Source: Muribaculaceae bacterium
GTDB lineage: Bacteria > Bacteroidota > Bacteroidia > Bacteroidales > G3-4614
Assembly: GCA_017546805.1 (NCBI GenBank)
Contig: JAFYRT010000028.1
Span: 742 to 64,741, forward strand
DNA: 64,000 bases
Reading direction: 5' to 3'
Position numbers and translations under genes: made by a program. Under the pieces are notes generated by a model, which was given only the letters and a program-made list of their open reading frames with translations, had not been told where the DNA came from and did no database searches. Below are positions 1-12,421 of this stretch, piece after piece (position 1 is the first letter of the stretch; each line of letters begins with the position of its first letter).

Positions 1-2645
<2,645 letters not shown>

Positions 2646-2950
2646 TTATTGTATATTAATAAGTTGTATTGTCTTCTTCTCTTTGCTTCGTTTAAAGGAA
2701 TGTTCTATTTTATTTCAATAAAAACCCTAACCCTTCGAAACGACCCACAAAATTACTCATAATAAATCTCATATCCAAATCATTAGGGTGTTTTTGAGTA
2801 TATAATTCTTCGACAATTTCCTCCATATTAATTAGGAGATAAAATTTTTATTTTGTATTTTTACCAAAAATTTGCCCACATGTAGAGGGTGAGTTGTGCC
2901 AATATATTGATAACAAAGAAAATAATATAAACCTATCACATTAAAAACTT

Positions 2951-5299
2951 ATGAAAAAGTTCTCGACATTAGTTGCACTCTGTTTGTCAGTTGTGCTGTT
3001 TGCTGCAGTTTCATGCAAACCAAGCAAATCGGAATATACAATTATTCCAATGCCAAACTCTCTTGAGCCCAAATGTGGCAATTTTGTTTTACCAAACAAT
3101 GTATCGATTGCATACGATGCTGATATGGACTCAGCAGCGGTTAAGGTAGTTGAAAATTTTGCGGCAATGCTTACAAACGTTACAGGATACTCTGTTGTGG
3201 TTGAAAAAGGTGCTAAAGATGCAACTATTAGTTTTGAACTAAACAGCGAGTTGGGTAAAGAGGCATACTCTCTTGAGGTATCTAAAAAGAGTGTTAAAAT
3301 TAAAGGAAGTGCAGCGAACGGAATGTTCTATGCAATTCAAACTCTAAAACAACTGCTTCCTGCTCAAATCTATGGCAACACATTGGCTGAAGGTATTGAG
3401 TGGAGCGCAAAATGTGTTTCAATTAATGATGCTCCTCGTATGGCATATCGTGGTAACCACTTGGATGTGGCTCGTCACATGTACTCTGTTGATGAGTTGA
3501 AAACATTCTTGGATTTGATGGCTATGCACAAAATGAACGTATTCCACTGGCATATCACCGATGACCAAGGTTGGCGTATGGAGAGTGCTATCTATCCTCG
3601 TTTAACAGAGGTTGGTGCATACCGTAGCGGAACAATCATCGGTCGTCCCGATACAAACGAATATGACAACATCCCTTACGGAGGTTTCTACACTCGTGAG
3701 GAGATGAAAGATATCATCAACTACGCAGCAGAGCGTCAAATCACAATCATTCCCGAGGTGGATATGCCCGGACACATGGTTGCTGCAGTTGCCTCTTATC
3801 CTCACCTTGGATGTTTCAACAAGCAATGCGAGGTTATGAAAACATGGGGTATCAGCCGCGATGTTTTGTGTATGGGTAAAGAGAGTACTTTCGAGTTTGT
3901 TGAGAATATTTTGAAAGAGGTTATGGAATTATTCCCATCAGAGTACATCCACATTGGTGGCGATGAGTGTCCAAAAGAGGCGTGGGCAAAATGTCCTCGT
4001 TGTCAAGCAAGAATCAAAGCAGAGGGAATCGTTGGCGATTCAATCCACGCGGCAGAGGTATATCTACAATCATACTTCAACAAACGTGTTGAGAAATTCT
4101 TGAACGAGAATGGTCGTAAGATGATTGGTTGGGATGAGATTTTAGAGGGAGAACTTTCTCAAAGTGCAACAGTTATGTCATGGCGTGGTGTTGCAGGTGG
4201 TATTGAGGCTGCTCGCAAAGGACACGATGTTATTATGACTCCCAACACTCACTTATACTTCGACTACTACCAAACTTTGGATACAGAGCGTGAGCCTCTT
4301 GCAATTGGTGGTAACATTCCTGTTGAGATGGTTTACAACTACAACCCAGTTGATACTTCATTAACAGCTGAAGAGGGTGCTCGTATCATTGGTGTCCAAG
4401 CAAACATCTGGACAGAGTATATCAAAGATTTTGACTATGTTCAATATATGCTTCTTCCTCGTTTGGATGCTTTAAGTGAGGTTGCATGGACAAATATCGA
4501 AAACAAAGATTGGGCAAGCTTCTTGAAGCGTTTGGATAAAAACGTTCAAGTTTACGTTCAAAACGGAAACAACTTTGCAAAACATATTTTGGAGGTTGCA
4601 ATGTCTTACGATGTGAATATGCAAGACAACACAATTGACATTACACTTCGCACACAAGGTAACGCACCTATTTACTATACTTTGGACGGAACAGAGCCAA
4701 CCACCGAGAGTGCAGTTTACCAAGATATAATTAAATTGAACGAGACAGCTACTCTTAAAACTTTCTCAGACAGACCAGGATTGGAGAAGAGTGTTTATGA
4801 GTGTACTTTCGATTTCAACAAAGCAACAGCAAGCAAAATCACATTGGATGAGCCTATCTGTGTAAAATATGTTTACGATGGAGCAAGAACTTTGGTTGAC
4901 GGCTTGACCGGTACTCACGCATTCAACACAGGTCGTTGGATTGCATTTGAGACTAAAGACCTTGTTGCAAATCTCGACCTTGGTAAAGTAGAGGAGATTT
5001 CAGAGGTATCTGTTGGTCAACTTTGTGACCTTGCAAACTGGATTTTCCCTGCAGCAAGCTACAAAGTAGAGGTTTCTGCCGATGGAAAAGAGTTTACAAC
5101 CGTAAGCGATCAAACATTCCCTCTTCCCACAGGATACGAGGGATACAAACAAGAGCGTCAAATGCTTGAGGCTAAATTCGAGCCTGTTAAAGCTCAATAC
5201 ATAAAAATAAAAGCAGAGAGCGTGAAGGTTGGTCCTGAGTGGCACGACGGAAAAAATCTTCCTCTATTCCTATTTGTTGATGAGATTGTTGTAAAATAG
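2951..5299 (+). CDS. GH20 beta-N-acetylhexosaminidase, lipoprotein, with C-terminal discoidin/CBM32-like domain
   Basis: 782 aa ORF. Lipobox-like LFAAVSCKPS. GH20 motifs HWHITDDQGWR, IPEVDMPGH and IHIGGDECP. The last ~150 aa look like an F5/8 type C domain. Confidence 0.9.
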   Translation: MKKFSTLVALCLSVVLFAAVSCKPSKSEYTIIPMPNSLEPKCGNFVLPNNVSIAYDADMDSAAVKVVENFAAMLTNVTGYSVVVEKGAKDATISFELNSELGKEAYSLEVSKKSVKIKGSAANGMFYAIQTLKQLLPAQIYGNTLAEGIEWSAKCVSINDAPRMAYRGNHLDVARHMYSVDELKTFLDLMAMHKMNVFHWHITDDQGWRMESAIYPRLTEVGAYRSGTIIGRPDTNEYDNIPYGGFYTREEMKDIINYAAERQITIIPEVDMPGHMVAAVASYPHLGCFNKQCEVMKTWGISRDVLCMGKESTFEFVENILKEVMELFPSEYIHIGGDECPKEAWAKCPRCQARIKAEGIVGDSIHAAEVYLQSYFNKRVEKFLNENGRKMIGWDEILEGELSQSATVMSWRGVAGGIEAARKGHDVIMTPNTHLYFDYYQTLDTEREPLAIGGNIPVEMVYNYNPVDTSLTAEEGARIIGVQANIWTEYIKDFDYVQYMLLPRLDALSEVAWTNIENKDWASFLKRLDKNVQVYVQNGNNFAKHILEVAMSYDVNMQDNTIDITLRTQGNAPIYYTLDGTEPTTESAVYQDIIKLNETATLKTFSDRPGLEKSVYECTFDFNKATASKITLDEPICVKYVYDGARTLVDGLTGTHAFNTGRWIAFETKDLVANLDLGKVEEISEVSVGQLCDLANWIFPAASYKVEVSADGKEFTTVSDQTFPLPTGYEGYKQERQMLEAKFEPVKAQYIKIKAESVKVGPEWHDGKNLPLFLFVDEIVVK

Positions 5300-5311
5300 T
5301 AGTTACACAGT

Positions 5312-7564
5312 ATGGCGTATATAAAAAGAATCATACTTTCCCTTGCTGTTGCAGCTATGTTGTTTAGCTGCAAGAGCGGGAATGATAAGGTGGTGGATAT
5401 GCTTATTCCGCAACCTGCCAAAACCATAATAAAATCGGGAAACTTCTCGTGTGAGACCCCTGTGGTCTATTTCTCTAATGTCGCTGAAGCAGATAAAGAG
5501 AACTTAATGGAGTTGATTAAGGGAGTCTTCCCCTCAGCCACAGAGACTGAGGACAGCACAGCTCGCGGAGTGATACGAGTAAATCAACTTCCATTTTCAA
5601 ACAATGCAACCGAGAGCTATGACTTGTGCGTATCTCGCAGTTCAATAGATATTGATGCGCGTACTCCTGCAGGTTTGATATATGGTATTCAAACAGTGGC
5701 ACAATTGAACTATCTGACCGAGGGAGATAGAATTCCCTGTTTGATTATAAACGATACTCCACGTTTTGAGTATCGCGGATTGCACTTGGATGTATCTCGT
5801 CATTTCTATAGTGTTGAGTTCCTTAAAAAACAGTTGGACGTAATGTCGTTCTACAAAATGAACCGTTTCCACTGGCACTTGACCGATGGAGCAGGTTGGA
5901 GAATTGAGATAAAGAAATATCCACGTCTTACAAATTTTGCAGCATGGCGTCCATACAATAATTGGAAAGAGTTCTGGTTTGGCGAGAGATTGTATTGCGA
6001 CCAAAACGACCCCAAAGCAAAAGGTGGTTACTATACACAAGAGGATGTAAAAGAGGTTGTTGCGTATGCACAAAAATTGAATATCACAGTAATCCCCGAA
6101 ATTGAGATGCCAGGACACAGCGATGAGGTGTTGGCAGCATATCCAAACCTTTCTTGTAAAGGGAAACCTTACACAAGTGGTGAGGTATGCATCGGTAACG
6201 AGGATACATACAAATTCCTTACTGATGTTCTTTCAGAGGTATGTGAGTTGTTCCCATCGGAGTATATCCACATTGGTGGCGATGAGGCAGATCACAAAAA
6301 TTGGAAGGAGTGTTCGAAATGTCAAAACATCATTCGCACAAAAGGGCTTAAAAACGAGCATGAGCTACAAAGTTATCTTATACAACGTATCGAGAACTTC
6401 TTAAGCACAAAAGGCAAAAAGTTGATTGGTTGGGATGAGATAATCGAAGGTGGTCTGTCACCATACGCAACAGTAATGGCTTGGCGTGGTGAAGCAGGCG
6501 GTATAAAAGCAGCTCAATTGGGACACGATGCCATAATGACTCCTGGAAACTGGTTATATTTTGACGCTTATCAAGATAACCCCGCAACTGAACCTGAGGC
6601 AATTGGAGGATACCTTCCTTTGAGCCGAGTTTACAGCTACGAGCCTGTACCCGATTCGTTGTCGTTAGAGGAGAAATCACATATTAAAGGAGTTCAAGCA
6701 AACATCTGGACAGAGTACATTCAAACCGAAGAGCATGCCGAGTATATGATATATCCTCGCTTGTTGGCTCTTTCAGAGTTGGGTTGGTGCATGGCAGATG
6801 CAAAAGATTGGGCGCGTTTCTTGCCTGCGGCAAACAAACACCTTGAAATATTAAAAGCAAAAGGCATAAACGCACATCAAATATCAAACAGTGTAATAGC
6901 AACAGAGGTTGTTGATGTTGAAAATCAAAAGATTGAGCTGTCGTTCCGTTGCGATAAAATGCCTGTTGATATTCGATATACCGAAGACGGAACAGAGCCA
7001 ACAAAGGCTTCTACACTATACAAATTGCCCATCTCAATTAAAGATTCTGCAACAATAAAGGTTGCAATATTCCAAAACGATGAGCGTATAACCGAGGTGC
7101 AAACATTCACACCCCTATACCATAAAGCAATTGGCAAAAAGGTATCGTATAACATACCTCACTGCAGCCACTATGTAGCAAAAGGAGAGGCAACTCTAAC
7201 CGACGGTTATAACGGAGGTGCATCTTATGGCGATGGCAGTTGGCAAGGCTTTAACAAAGATGTTGATGTGGTGCTTGATATGGGCGAAGTAACCGAAATT
7301 AAAGCAATTGAGGTTAACTTTATGCAACAAGCAGGACCATGGATTTGGTTCCCCGAGTATGTCGATATATATATGTCGGAGGATGGCGAGAATTGGCGCA
7401 ACGTTAAACACATCGACAACGATGTTCCACGCGATACAGAAGGTTTGTTAATTCAAAACTTTGGTTTCAATGGAGACGAAAACTGTCGTTACATTCGCTA
7501 TACAGCACATCAATTGCCCAAAGAGGGTGCATATATGTTTATTGACGAGATAAAAATAAAATAA
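5312..7564 (+). CDS. GH20 beta-N-acetylhexosaminidase (second paralog), lipoprotein, C-terminal discoidin-like domain
   Basis: 750 aa ORF starting 12 nt after the previous stop. Lipobox-like AAMLFSCKSG. Motifs HWHLTDGAGWR, IPEIEMPGH and IHIGGDEAD. Confidence 0.9.
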   Translation: MAYIKRIILSLAVAAMLFSCKSGNDKVVDMLIPQPAKTIIKSGNFSCETPVVYFSNVAEADKENLMELIKGVFPSATETEDSTARGVIRVNQLPFSNNATESYDLCVSRSSIDIDARTPAGLIYGIQTVAQLNYLTEGDRIPCLIINDTPRFEYRGLHLDVSRHFYSVEFLKKQLDVMSFYKMNRFHWHLTDGAGWRIEIKKYPRLTNFAAWRPYNNWKEFWFGERLYCDQNDPKAKGGYYTQEDVKEVVAYAQKLNITVIPEIEMPGHSDEVLAAYPNLSCKGKPYTSGEVCIGNEDTYKFLTDVLSEVCELFPSEYIHIGGDEADHKNWKECSKCQNIIRTKGLKNEHELQSYLIQRIENFLSTKGKKLIGWDEIIEGGLSPYATVMAWRGEAGGIKAAQLGHDAIMTPGNWLYFDAYQDNPATEPEAIGGYLPLSRVYSYEPVPDSLSLEEKSHIKGVQANIWTEYIQTEEHAEYMIYPRLLALSELGWCMADAKDWARFLPAANKHLEILKAKGINAHQISNSVIATEVVDVENQKIELSFRCDKMPVDIRYTEDGTEPTKASTLYKLPISIKDSATIKVAIFQNDERITEVQTFTPLYHKAIGKKVSYNIPHCSHYVAKGEATLTDGYNGGASYGDGSWQGFNKDVDVVLDMGEVTEIKAIEVNFMQQAGPWIWFPEYVDIYMSEDGENWRNVKHIDNDVPRDTEGLLIQNFGFNGDENCRYIRYTAHQLPKEGAYMFIDEIKIK

Positions 7565-7626
7565 CATAAAGGAGGAGAATCGCTTTTTTTAAGAGGTTCT
7601 CCCTGCTAATTTATAGAGGAAGAGAG

Positions 7627-8931
7627 ATGAAAGACGTAAAAGTAAAAAATCCCATAACATGGGTTCCCTCGGTATATTTCGCGATGGGTATGCCGTTTGT
7701 TGCTCTATCGTTGGTATCGGTAATCATGTTTGCCGACCTTGGAATAGATGCAAAATCAATTACATTCTGGACATCGTTGATAATATTACCCTATTCGCTA
7801 AAACCAATTTGGAGCCCCTTGCTTGAGATTTGGGGAACTAAAAAAGGAGTGGTTGTGGCAACTCAAATGCTATCGGGATTGTGCTTTGGATTCATAGCCT
7901 TTATGCTCCCCATTCCAAACTTCTTTGCATTTGCAATAGCAATGATGGGAGTGATTGCATTTAGTGGTTCAACTCACGATATTGCAACCGACGGAATCTA
8001 TCTTACAGCGCTTGATAAAGATACACAGGCTCGTTACATCGGTTGGCAAGGAGCATTCTTTAACCTTGCAAAGGTTCTTGCAAACGGAGGAATGGTGGGA
8101 TTGGCAGGTATTCTTATGAACCATTTCAAAGAGACCAACCCCGAAAATGCACCTATGTATGCTTGGATGATAATAATGGGATTGATCGCTGTTCTGCTAT
8201 GCGGATTATCAATTTATCACTACTTTGTACTACCCAAAGGATCAAAAGCAGCCGATGCTCCAACATCTGCATATGAAGCAATGTCGTCATTTATTGATGT
8301 GTTCCAAACCTTCTTCCAAAAGAAATATATCTGGTTATACATATTGTTTATCATATGCTATCGTTTGACAGAGGGATTTGCAGTTAAGATGGTTCCTTTA
8401 TTCTTGAAGGCAACTATGGCTGATGGAGGTTTGGCGTTGAGCAACGAGGCAATAGGTTTGATTTACGGAACACTCGGAACAATTGCCTTTATCATCGGTT
8501 CAATTGCAGGAGGTTACTATATTGCGGCATTTGGTCTTAAAAAGGTGTTGTTCTCATTGGTCTGCATCTTTAACATACCATTTGTAATTTATTATATATT
8601 TGCACTATTCCAACCCGAGAATATATATTTGATTGGTAGCGGATTGGTACTTGAGTACTTCTGTTACGGATTTGGATTTGTTGGATTGACACTCTTTATG
8701 ATGCAACAAGTTGCACCGGGCAAACACACTATGGCACACTATGCCTTTGCTTCGGGAATCATGAACCTCGGATTTATGATACCGGGTATGGTTAGCGGTT
8801 GGATTTATGAGCAAGTAGGATACGAACAATTCTTCTTTATTGCATTGTTGGTATCGATACCTGCATTTATATTGGCGTGGGTTGTGCCATTCTCGCACCC
8901 CGACAAAGAGATTGAAAAAGTAGAAGAATAA
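7627..8931 (+). CDS. MFS permease, AmpG-like (probable disaccharide/glycan-fragment importer)
   Basis: 434 aa polytopic membrane protein. LPYSLKPIWSPLLE resembles the AmpG-family motif. It sits directly upstream of the cytoplasmic GH130. Confidence 0.75.
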   Translation: MKDVKVKNPITWVPSVYFAMGMPFVALSLVSVIMFADLGIDAKSITFWTSLIILPYSLKPIWSPLLEIWGTKKGVVVATQMLSGLCFGFIAFMLPIPNFFAFAIAMMGVIAFSGSTHDIATDGIYLTALDKDTQARYIGWQGAFFNLAKVLANGGMVGLAGILMNHFKETNPENAPMYAWMIIMGLIAVLLCGLSIYHYFVLPKGSKAADAPTSAYEAMSSFIDVFQTFFQKKYIWLYILFIICYRLTEGFAVKMVPLFLKATMADGGLALSNEAIGLIYGTLGTIAFIIGSIAGGYYIAAFGLKKVLFSLVCIFNIPFVIYYIFALFQPENIYLIGSGLVLEYFCYGFGFVGLTLFMMQQVAPGKHTMAHYAFASGIMNLGFMIPGMVSGWIYEQVGYEQFFFIALLVSIPAFILAWVVPFSHPDKEIEKVEE

Positions 8932-8964
8932 CACAAAATATTAACCAATTTAGATAATAAAATT

Positions 8965-9939
8965 ATGGGAAAAGTAGAAATGCCATGGGAAGATCGTCCC
9001 GAAGGATGTAAAGATGTAATGTGGAGATATTCAAAAAATCCGGTTATCGACCGTTATCATATCCCCTCATCAAACAGTATCTTTAATAGTGCAGTAGTGC
9101 CTTTTGGCGATGGATTTGCAGGAGTATTCCGTTGCGATAACAAAGCTGTTCAAATGAACATCTTTGCAGGATTCAGTAAAGACGGTATCAATTGGGAAAT
9201 CAACCACGAGCCAATCAAATTCAAAGCAGGAAACACTGAGATGATTGAGTCGGAGTACAAATACGACCCACGTGTTACTTGGATTGAGGATAGATATTGG
9301 ATTACTTGGTGTAACGGTTATCACGGACCAACAATCGGAATCGGTTATACATTCGATTTCAAAGAGTTCTATCAATGCGAAAACGCATTCTTGCCCTTCA
9401 ACCGTAACGGAGTATTGTTCCCCGAGAAAATCAATGGTAAGTATGCTATGTTGAGCCGTCCAAGTGATAACGGACACACTCCATTTGGTGATATCTATAT
9501 CAGCTTCTCTCCCGACATGAAATATTGGGGCGAGCACCGTTGTGTAATGAAAGTAACTCCATTCCCCGAGAGTGCATGGCAATGTACAAAAATTGGAGCA
9601 GGATCAGTTCCTTTCTTGACAGATGAGGGATGGTTGATGTTCTACCACGGAGTTATCACAACTTGTAACGGATTCCGCTACTCAATGGGAGCAGCTATCC
9701 TTGACAAAGAGGACCCAACAAAAGTTCTATATCGTACACGCGACTACATTTTGGCTCCTGCAGCACCTTACGAAATGCAAGGCGATGTGCCTAACGTAGT
9801 ATTCCCTTGTGCAGCATTGTTCGATAAAGAGAAAGACCAAGTTGCAGTTTATTACGGATGTGCCGATACTGTTACAGGAATGGCATTCGGTAAAATCAGC
9901 GAGGTAATAGAGTTCGTTAAAAAAACAAACATATTATAA
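8965..9939 (+). CDS. GH130 glycoside phosphorylase (beta-1,4-mannosyl-N-acetylglucosamine phosphorylase-like)
   Basis: 324 aa with no signal peptide. Motifs [34 protein letters not shown] and KIGAGSVP are typical of the GH130 five-bladed propeller. Confidence 0.85.
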   Translation: MGKVEMPWEDRPEGCKDVMWRYSKNPVIDRYHIPSSNSIFNSAVVPFGDGFAGVFRCDNKAVQMNIFAGFSKDGINWEINHEPIKFKAGNTEMIESEYKYDPRVTWIEDRYWITWCNGYHGPTIGIGYTFDFKEFYQCENAFLPFNRNGVLFPEKINGKYAMLSRPSDNGHTPFGDIYISFSPDMKYWGEHRCVMKVTPFPESAWQCTKIGAGSVPFLTDEGWLMFYHGVITTCNGFRYSMGAAILDKEDPTKVLYRTRDYILAPAAPYEMQGDVPNVVFPCAALFDKEKDQVAVYYGCADTVTGMAFGKISEVIEFVKKTNIL

Positions 9940-9954
9940 TATTTCTATAGGTGT

Positions 9955-9996
9955 ATTCCGTAAATTAGGCCGATAGTTCTGCCTGATTTACGGAAT
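9955..9996 (+). other. 16-bp stem-loop between GH130 and GH92, without a T tract
   Basis: attccgtaaattaggc (9955-9970) pairs with gcctgatttacggaat (9981-9996), with one G-U pair. The loop is cgatagttct. Confidence 0.6.
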
Positions 9997-10018
9997 TATC
10001 CGCTATTAAGTAAAAGGT

Positions 10019-12280
10019 ATGAAAATATATCGTTATCTGTGTGCCGCATTGATGCTCTTTGCATTGGTGACCGTAGAGGCTAAAACAGCGGCCGACTACG
10101 TAAATCCGTTTATCGGAACAACAAACTTTGGAACAACCAATCCCGGAGCAGTATCTCCCGGAGGGTTTATGTCTGTTGTCCCCTTCAATGTAATGGGCTC
10201 GGCAGATAATAAATTCGATAAAGATGCTCGTTGGTGGTCAACACCATACGAATATCACAACTCATTCTTTACAGGCTTTTCGCACGTAAACTTGAGCGGA
10301 GTAGGATGCCCCGAGTTAGGTTCTCTTTTGTTGATGCCTACAACAGGCGATCTCTCTGTCGATTATAAAGAGTATGGCAGTACCTATAAAAACGAAAATG
10401 CCACTCCAGGTTACTACTCAAACGAGCTAACCAAGTATGGCATTAAGTGCGAAGTATCGGCAACTCCCCGTACAAGTATTGCTCGATTCACTTTTCCCGA
10501 AGGACAAAGTAACATTCTTATGAACTTGGGTGAGGGATTGACAAATGAATCGGGAGCTACCGTTCGTCGCGTAAGCGCTACAGAGATAGAGGGAAGCAAA
10601 TTGATGGGAACATTCTGTTACACACCCCAAGCTGTATTCCCGATATACTTTGTGATGCGTGTCAGCAAAGCACCTCAAAATTACGGTTTCTGGAAAATGC
10701 AACGCAACAAAACAGGCGTAGAGGGAGAGTGGGATGTTGATAATGGAAAATATAAACTATACCCCAAGTACTCTCGAGTAATGTCTGGTGATGATATCGG
10801 TAATTGGTATATCTTCAACACTACAGAGGGAGAGCAAATTGAGGTGCAAATAGGAATTTCGTTCGTAAGTTGCGAGAATGCTCGTGAGAACCTTGACGCA
10901 GAACAACAAGGATTCAATTTCGACAAAGTTCGCGCCGATGCATATAACACTTGGAACGAGTACCTATCGGCAGCAACAGTAGAGGGTGGAACAGAAGATG
11001 AAAAGACAGTCTTCTACACAGCACTATACCACTCATTGATACATCCCAACATCCTTCAAGATGTTAACGGAGAGTATCCAGCAATGGAGAGTGGCGAAAA
11101 CCTTAAAACCTCAACAAACCGTTACACAGTATACTCATTATGGGATACCTTCCGTAATGTACACCAATTGCAATCGTTGCTCTATCCCGAGCGTCAGTTG
11201 GATATGGTTCGCAGTATGGTTGATATGTACAAAGAGAGTGGATGGTTGCCACGTTGGGAGTTGTACGGACGCGAGACATACGTAATGTCGGGCGACCCTG
11301 CAATACCTGTAATTGTGGATACATGGTTGAGAGGACTAAAAGATTTTGATGTAGAGACAGCATACGAGGCAATGATAAAATCTGCAACCACACCAGGTAA
11401 AGATAATCTATTACGCCCTGACAGCGATCCCTACAACGAAAAAGGATATATCCCTTACGGAATATTTGCGGCAGACCTATCGGGCGACAACTCGGTATCT
11501 CGTTCATTGGAGTACTATGTAGCAGACTATGCTTTGTCGCAACTTGCAAAAGATTTAGGCAAAGAGGAAGATGCCAAGTTCTACTACAACCGTTCGTTGG
11601 GATATAAAAAATACTATTGCAAAGAGTACGGAACATTACGACCTGTAACTGAGGATGGCAAATTTCTATCTCCATTCAACCCAAAACAAGGAGAAAACTT
11701 TGAACCATCACCAGGTTTCCACGAAGGAACAGCATGGAACTACACCTTCTATGTGCCACACGACATTGAGGGATTGGCAAAACTTATGGGAGGCAAAAAG
11801 AAATTTGTGGAGAAGTTGCAAATGGTATTCGATGAGAAACTATATGATCCTGCAAATGAACCAAACATAGCATATCCATATATCTTCTCAGCATTTAATG
11901 GAGAGGGTTGGAGAACAGATAAAGAGGTGAGAAGACTTCTTGCAACACACTTTACCAACACTCCTGACGGAATACCCGGTAACGATGATACAGGAACAAT
12001 GTCGGCATGGGCAGTATTCAATATGATGGGATTCTATCCCGATTGTCCTGCAAAAGCAGAATATACAGCCGTAGCACCAATATTCGATAAGATAACACTT
12101 ACTTTGGATAAAAAGTATTACAACAACGACAAAGTGGTTATCACAACCGAAAAATGCACACCCGATGCAAACACTATCAGCTGCATTAAAATTGACGGCA
12201 AAAAAATATGCGGTCGCAAACTAACTCACGAGCAGATAGTAAATGCAAAAGAGATTAAGTTTGTATTGGTAAAGAAATAA
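10019..12280 (+). CDS. GH92 alpha-mannosidase, secreted
   Basis: 753 aa with a signal peptide. Motifs NPFIGTTNFGTTNPGA, YTVYSLWDTFR and GNDDTGTMSAW are GH92 hallmarks. Confidence 0.9.
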   Translation: MKIYRYLCAALMLFALVTVEAKTAADYVNPFIGTTNFGTTNPGAVSPGGFMSVVPFNVMGSADNKFDKDARWWSTPYEYHNSFFTGFSHVNLSGVGCPELGSLLLMPTTGDLSVDYKEYGSTYKNENATPGYYSNELTKYGIKCEVSATPRTSIARFTFPEGQSNILMNLGEGLTNESGATVRRVSATEIEGSKLMGTFCYTPQAVFPIYFVMRVSKAPQNYGFWKMQRNKTGVEGEWDVDNGKYKLYPKYSRVMSGDDIGNWYIFNTTEGEQIEVQIGISFVSCENARENLDAEQQGFNFDKVRADAYNTWNEYLSAATVEGGTEDEKTVFYTALYHSLIHPNILQDVNGEYPAMESGENLKTSTNRYTVYSLWDTFRNVHQLQSLLYPERQLDMVRSMVDMYKESGWLPRWELYGRETYVMSGDPAIPVIVDTWLRGLKDFDVETAYEAMIKSATTPGKDNLLRPDSDPYNEKGYIPYGIFAADLSGDNSVSRSLEYYVADYALSQLAKDLGKEEDAKFYYNRSLGYKKYYCKEYGTLRPVTEDGKFLSPFNPKQGENFEPSPGFHEGTAWNYTFYVPHDIEGLAKLMGGKKKFVEKLQMVFDEKLYDPANEPNIAYPYIFSAFNGEGWRTDKEVRRLLATHFTNTPDGIPGNDDTGTMSAWAVFNMMGFYPDCPAKAEYTAVAPIFDKITLTLDKKYYNNDKVVITTEKCTPDANTISCIKIDGKKICGRKLTHEQIVNAKEIKFVLVKK

Positions 12281-12304
12281 CCATAAGAAACATTAGCATA
12301 AGAG

Positions 12305-12340
12305 TAGCGGAGAGATAGAGAATCTTTCCGCTATTTTTTT
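12305..12340 (+). terminator. Rho-independent terminator after GH92
   Basis: Arms tagcggagag / ctttccgcta (one G-U pair), 9-nt loop, followed by TTTTTTT. Confidence 0.75.
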
Positions 12341-12393
12341 ATTCCATATCAAATATATACTTATATAAGTATTTGAAAATTAATTTTTTTTTT

Positions 12394-12401
12394 TACTTTT
12401 G
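12394..12401 (+). promoter_or_regulatory. Bacteroidota -7 box (TAnnTTTG)
   Basis: tacttttg, 21 nt upstream of the ATG at 12422. Confidence 0.4.
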
Positions 12402-12421
12402 GGGAAATAAAAAAACTTGCT

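Noticed and set aside
2721-2794. Inverted repeat aaaaccctaa ... ttagggtgtttt in the divergent GH2/GH20 promoter region, as a possible operator.
   Set aside because: It has only ~10 bp with a bulge and a ~50-nt spacing, there is a single occurrence, and no regulator gene is in the window. The evidence is too weak for a feature call.
9070-9582. 170 aa minus-strand ORF inside GH130. Similar long antisense ORFs occur at 5642-6118, 11103-11675, 23083-23565, 33150-33584, 42174-42593, 50584-51072, 53883-54371 and 57220-57777.
   Set aside because: Each is fully embedded antisense in a gene with strong family motifs. None has a recognisable domain, signal or promoter. They are the shadow ORFs expected in AT-rich coding DNA.
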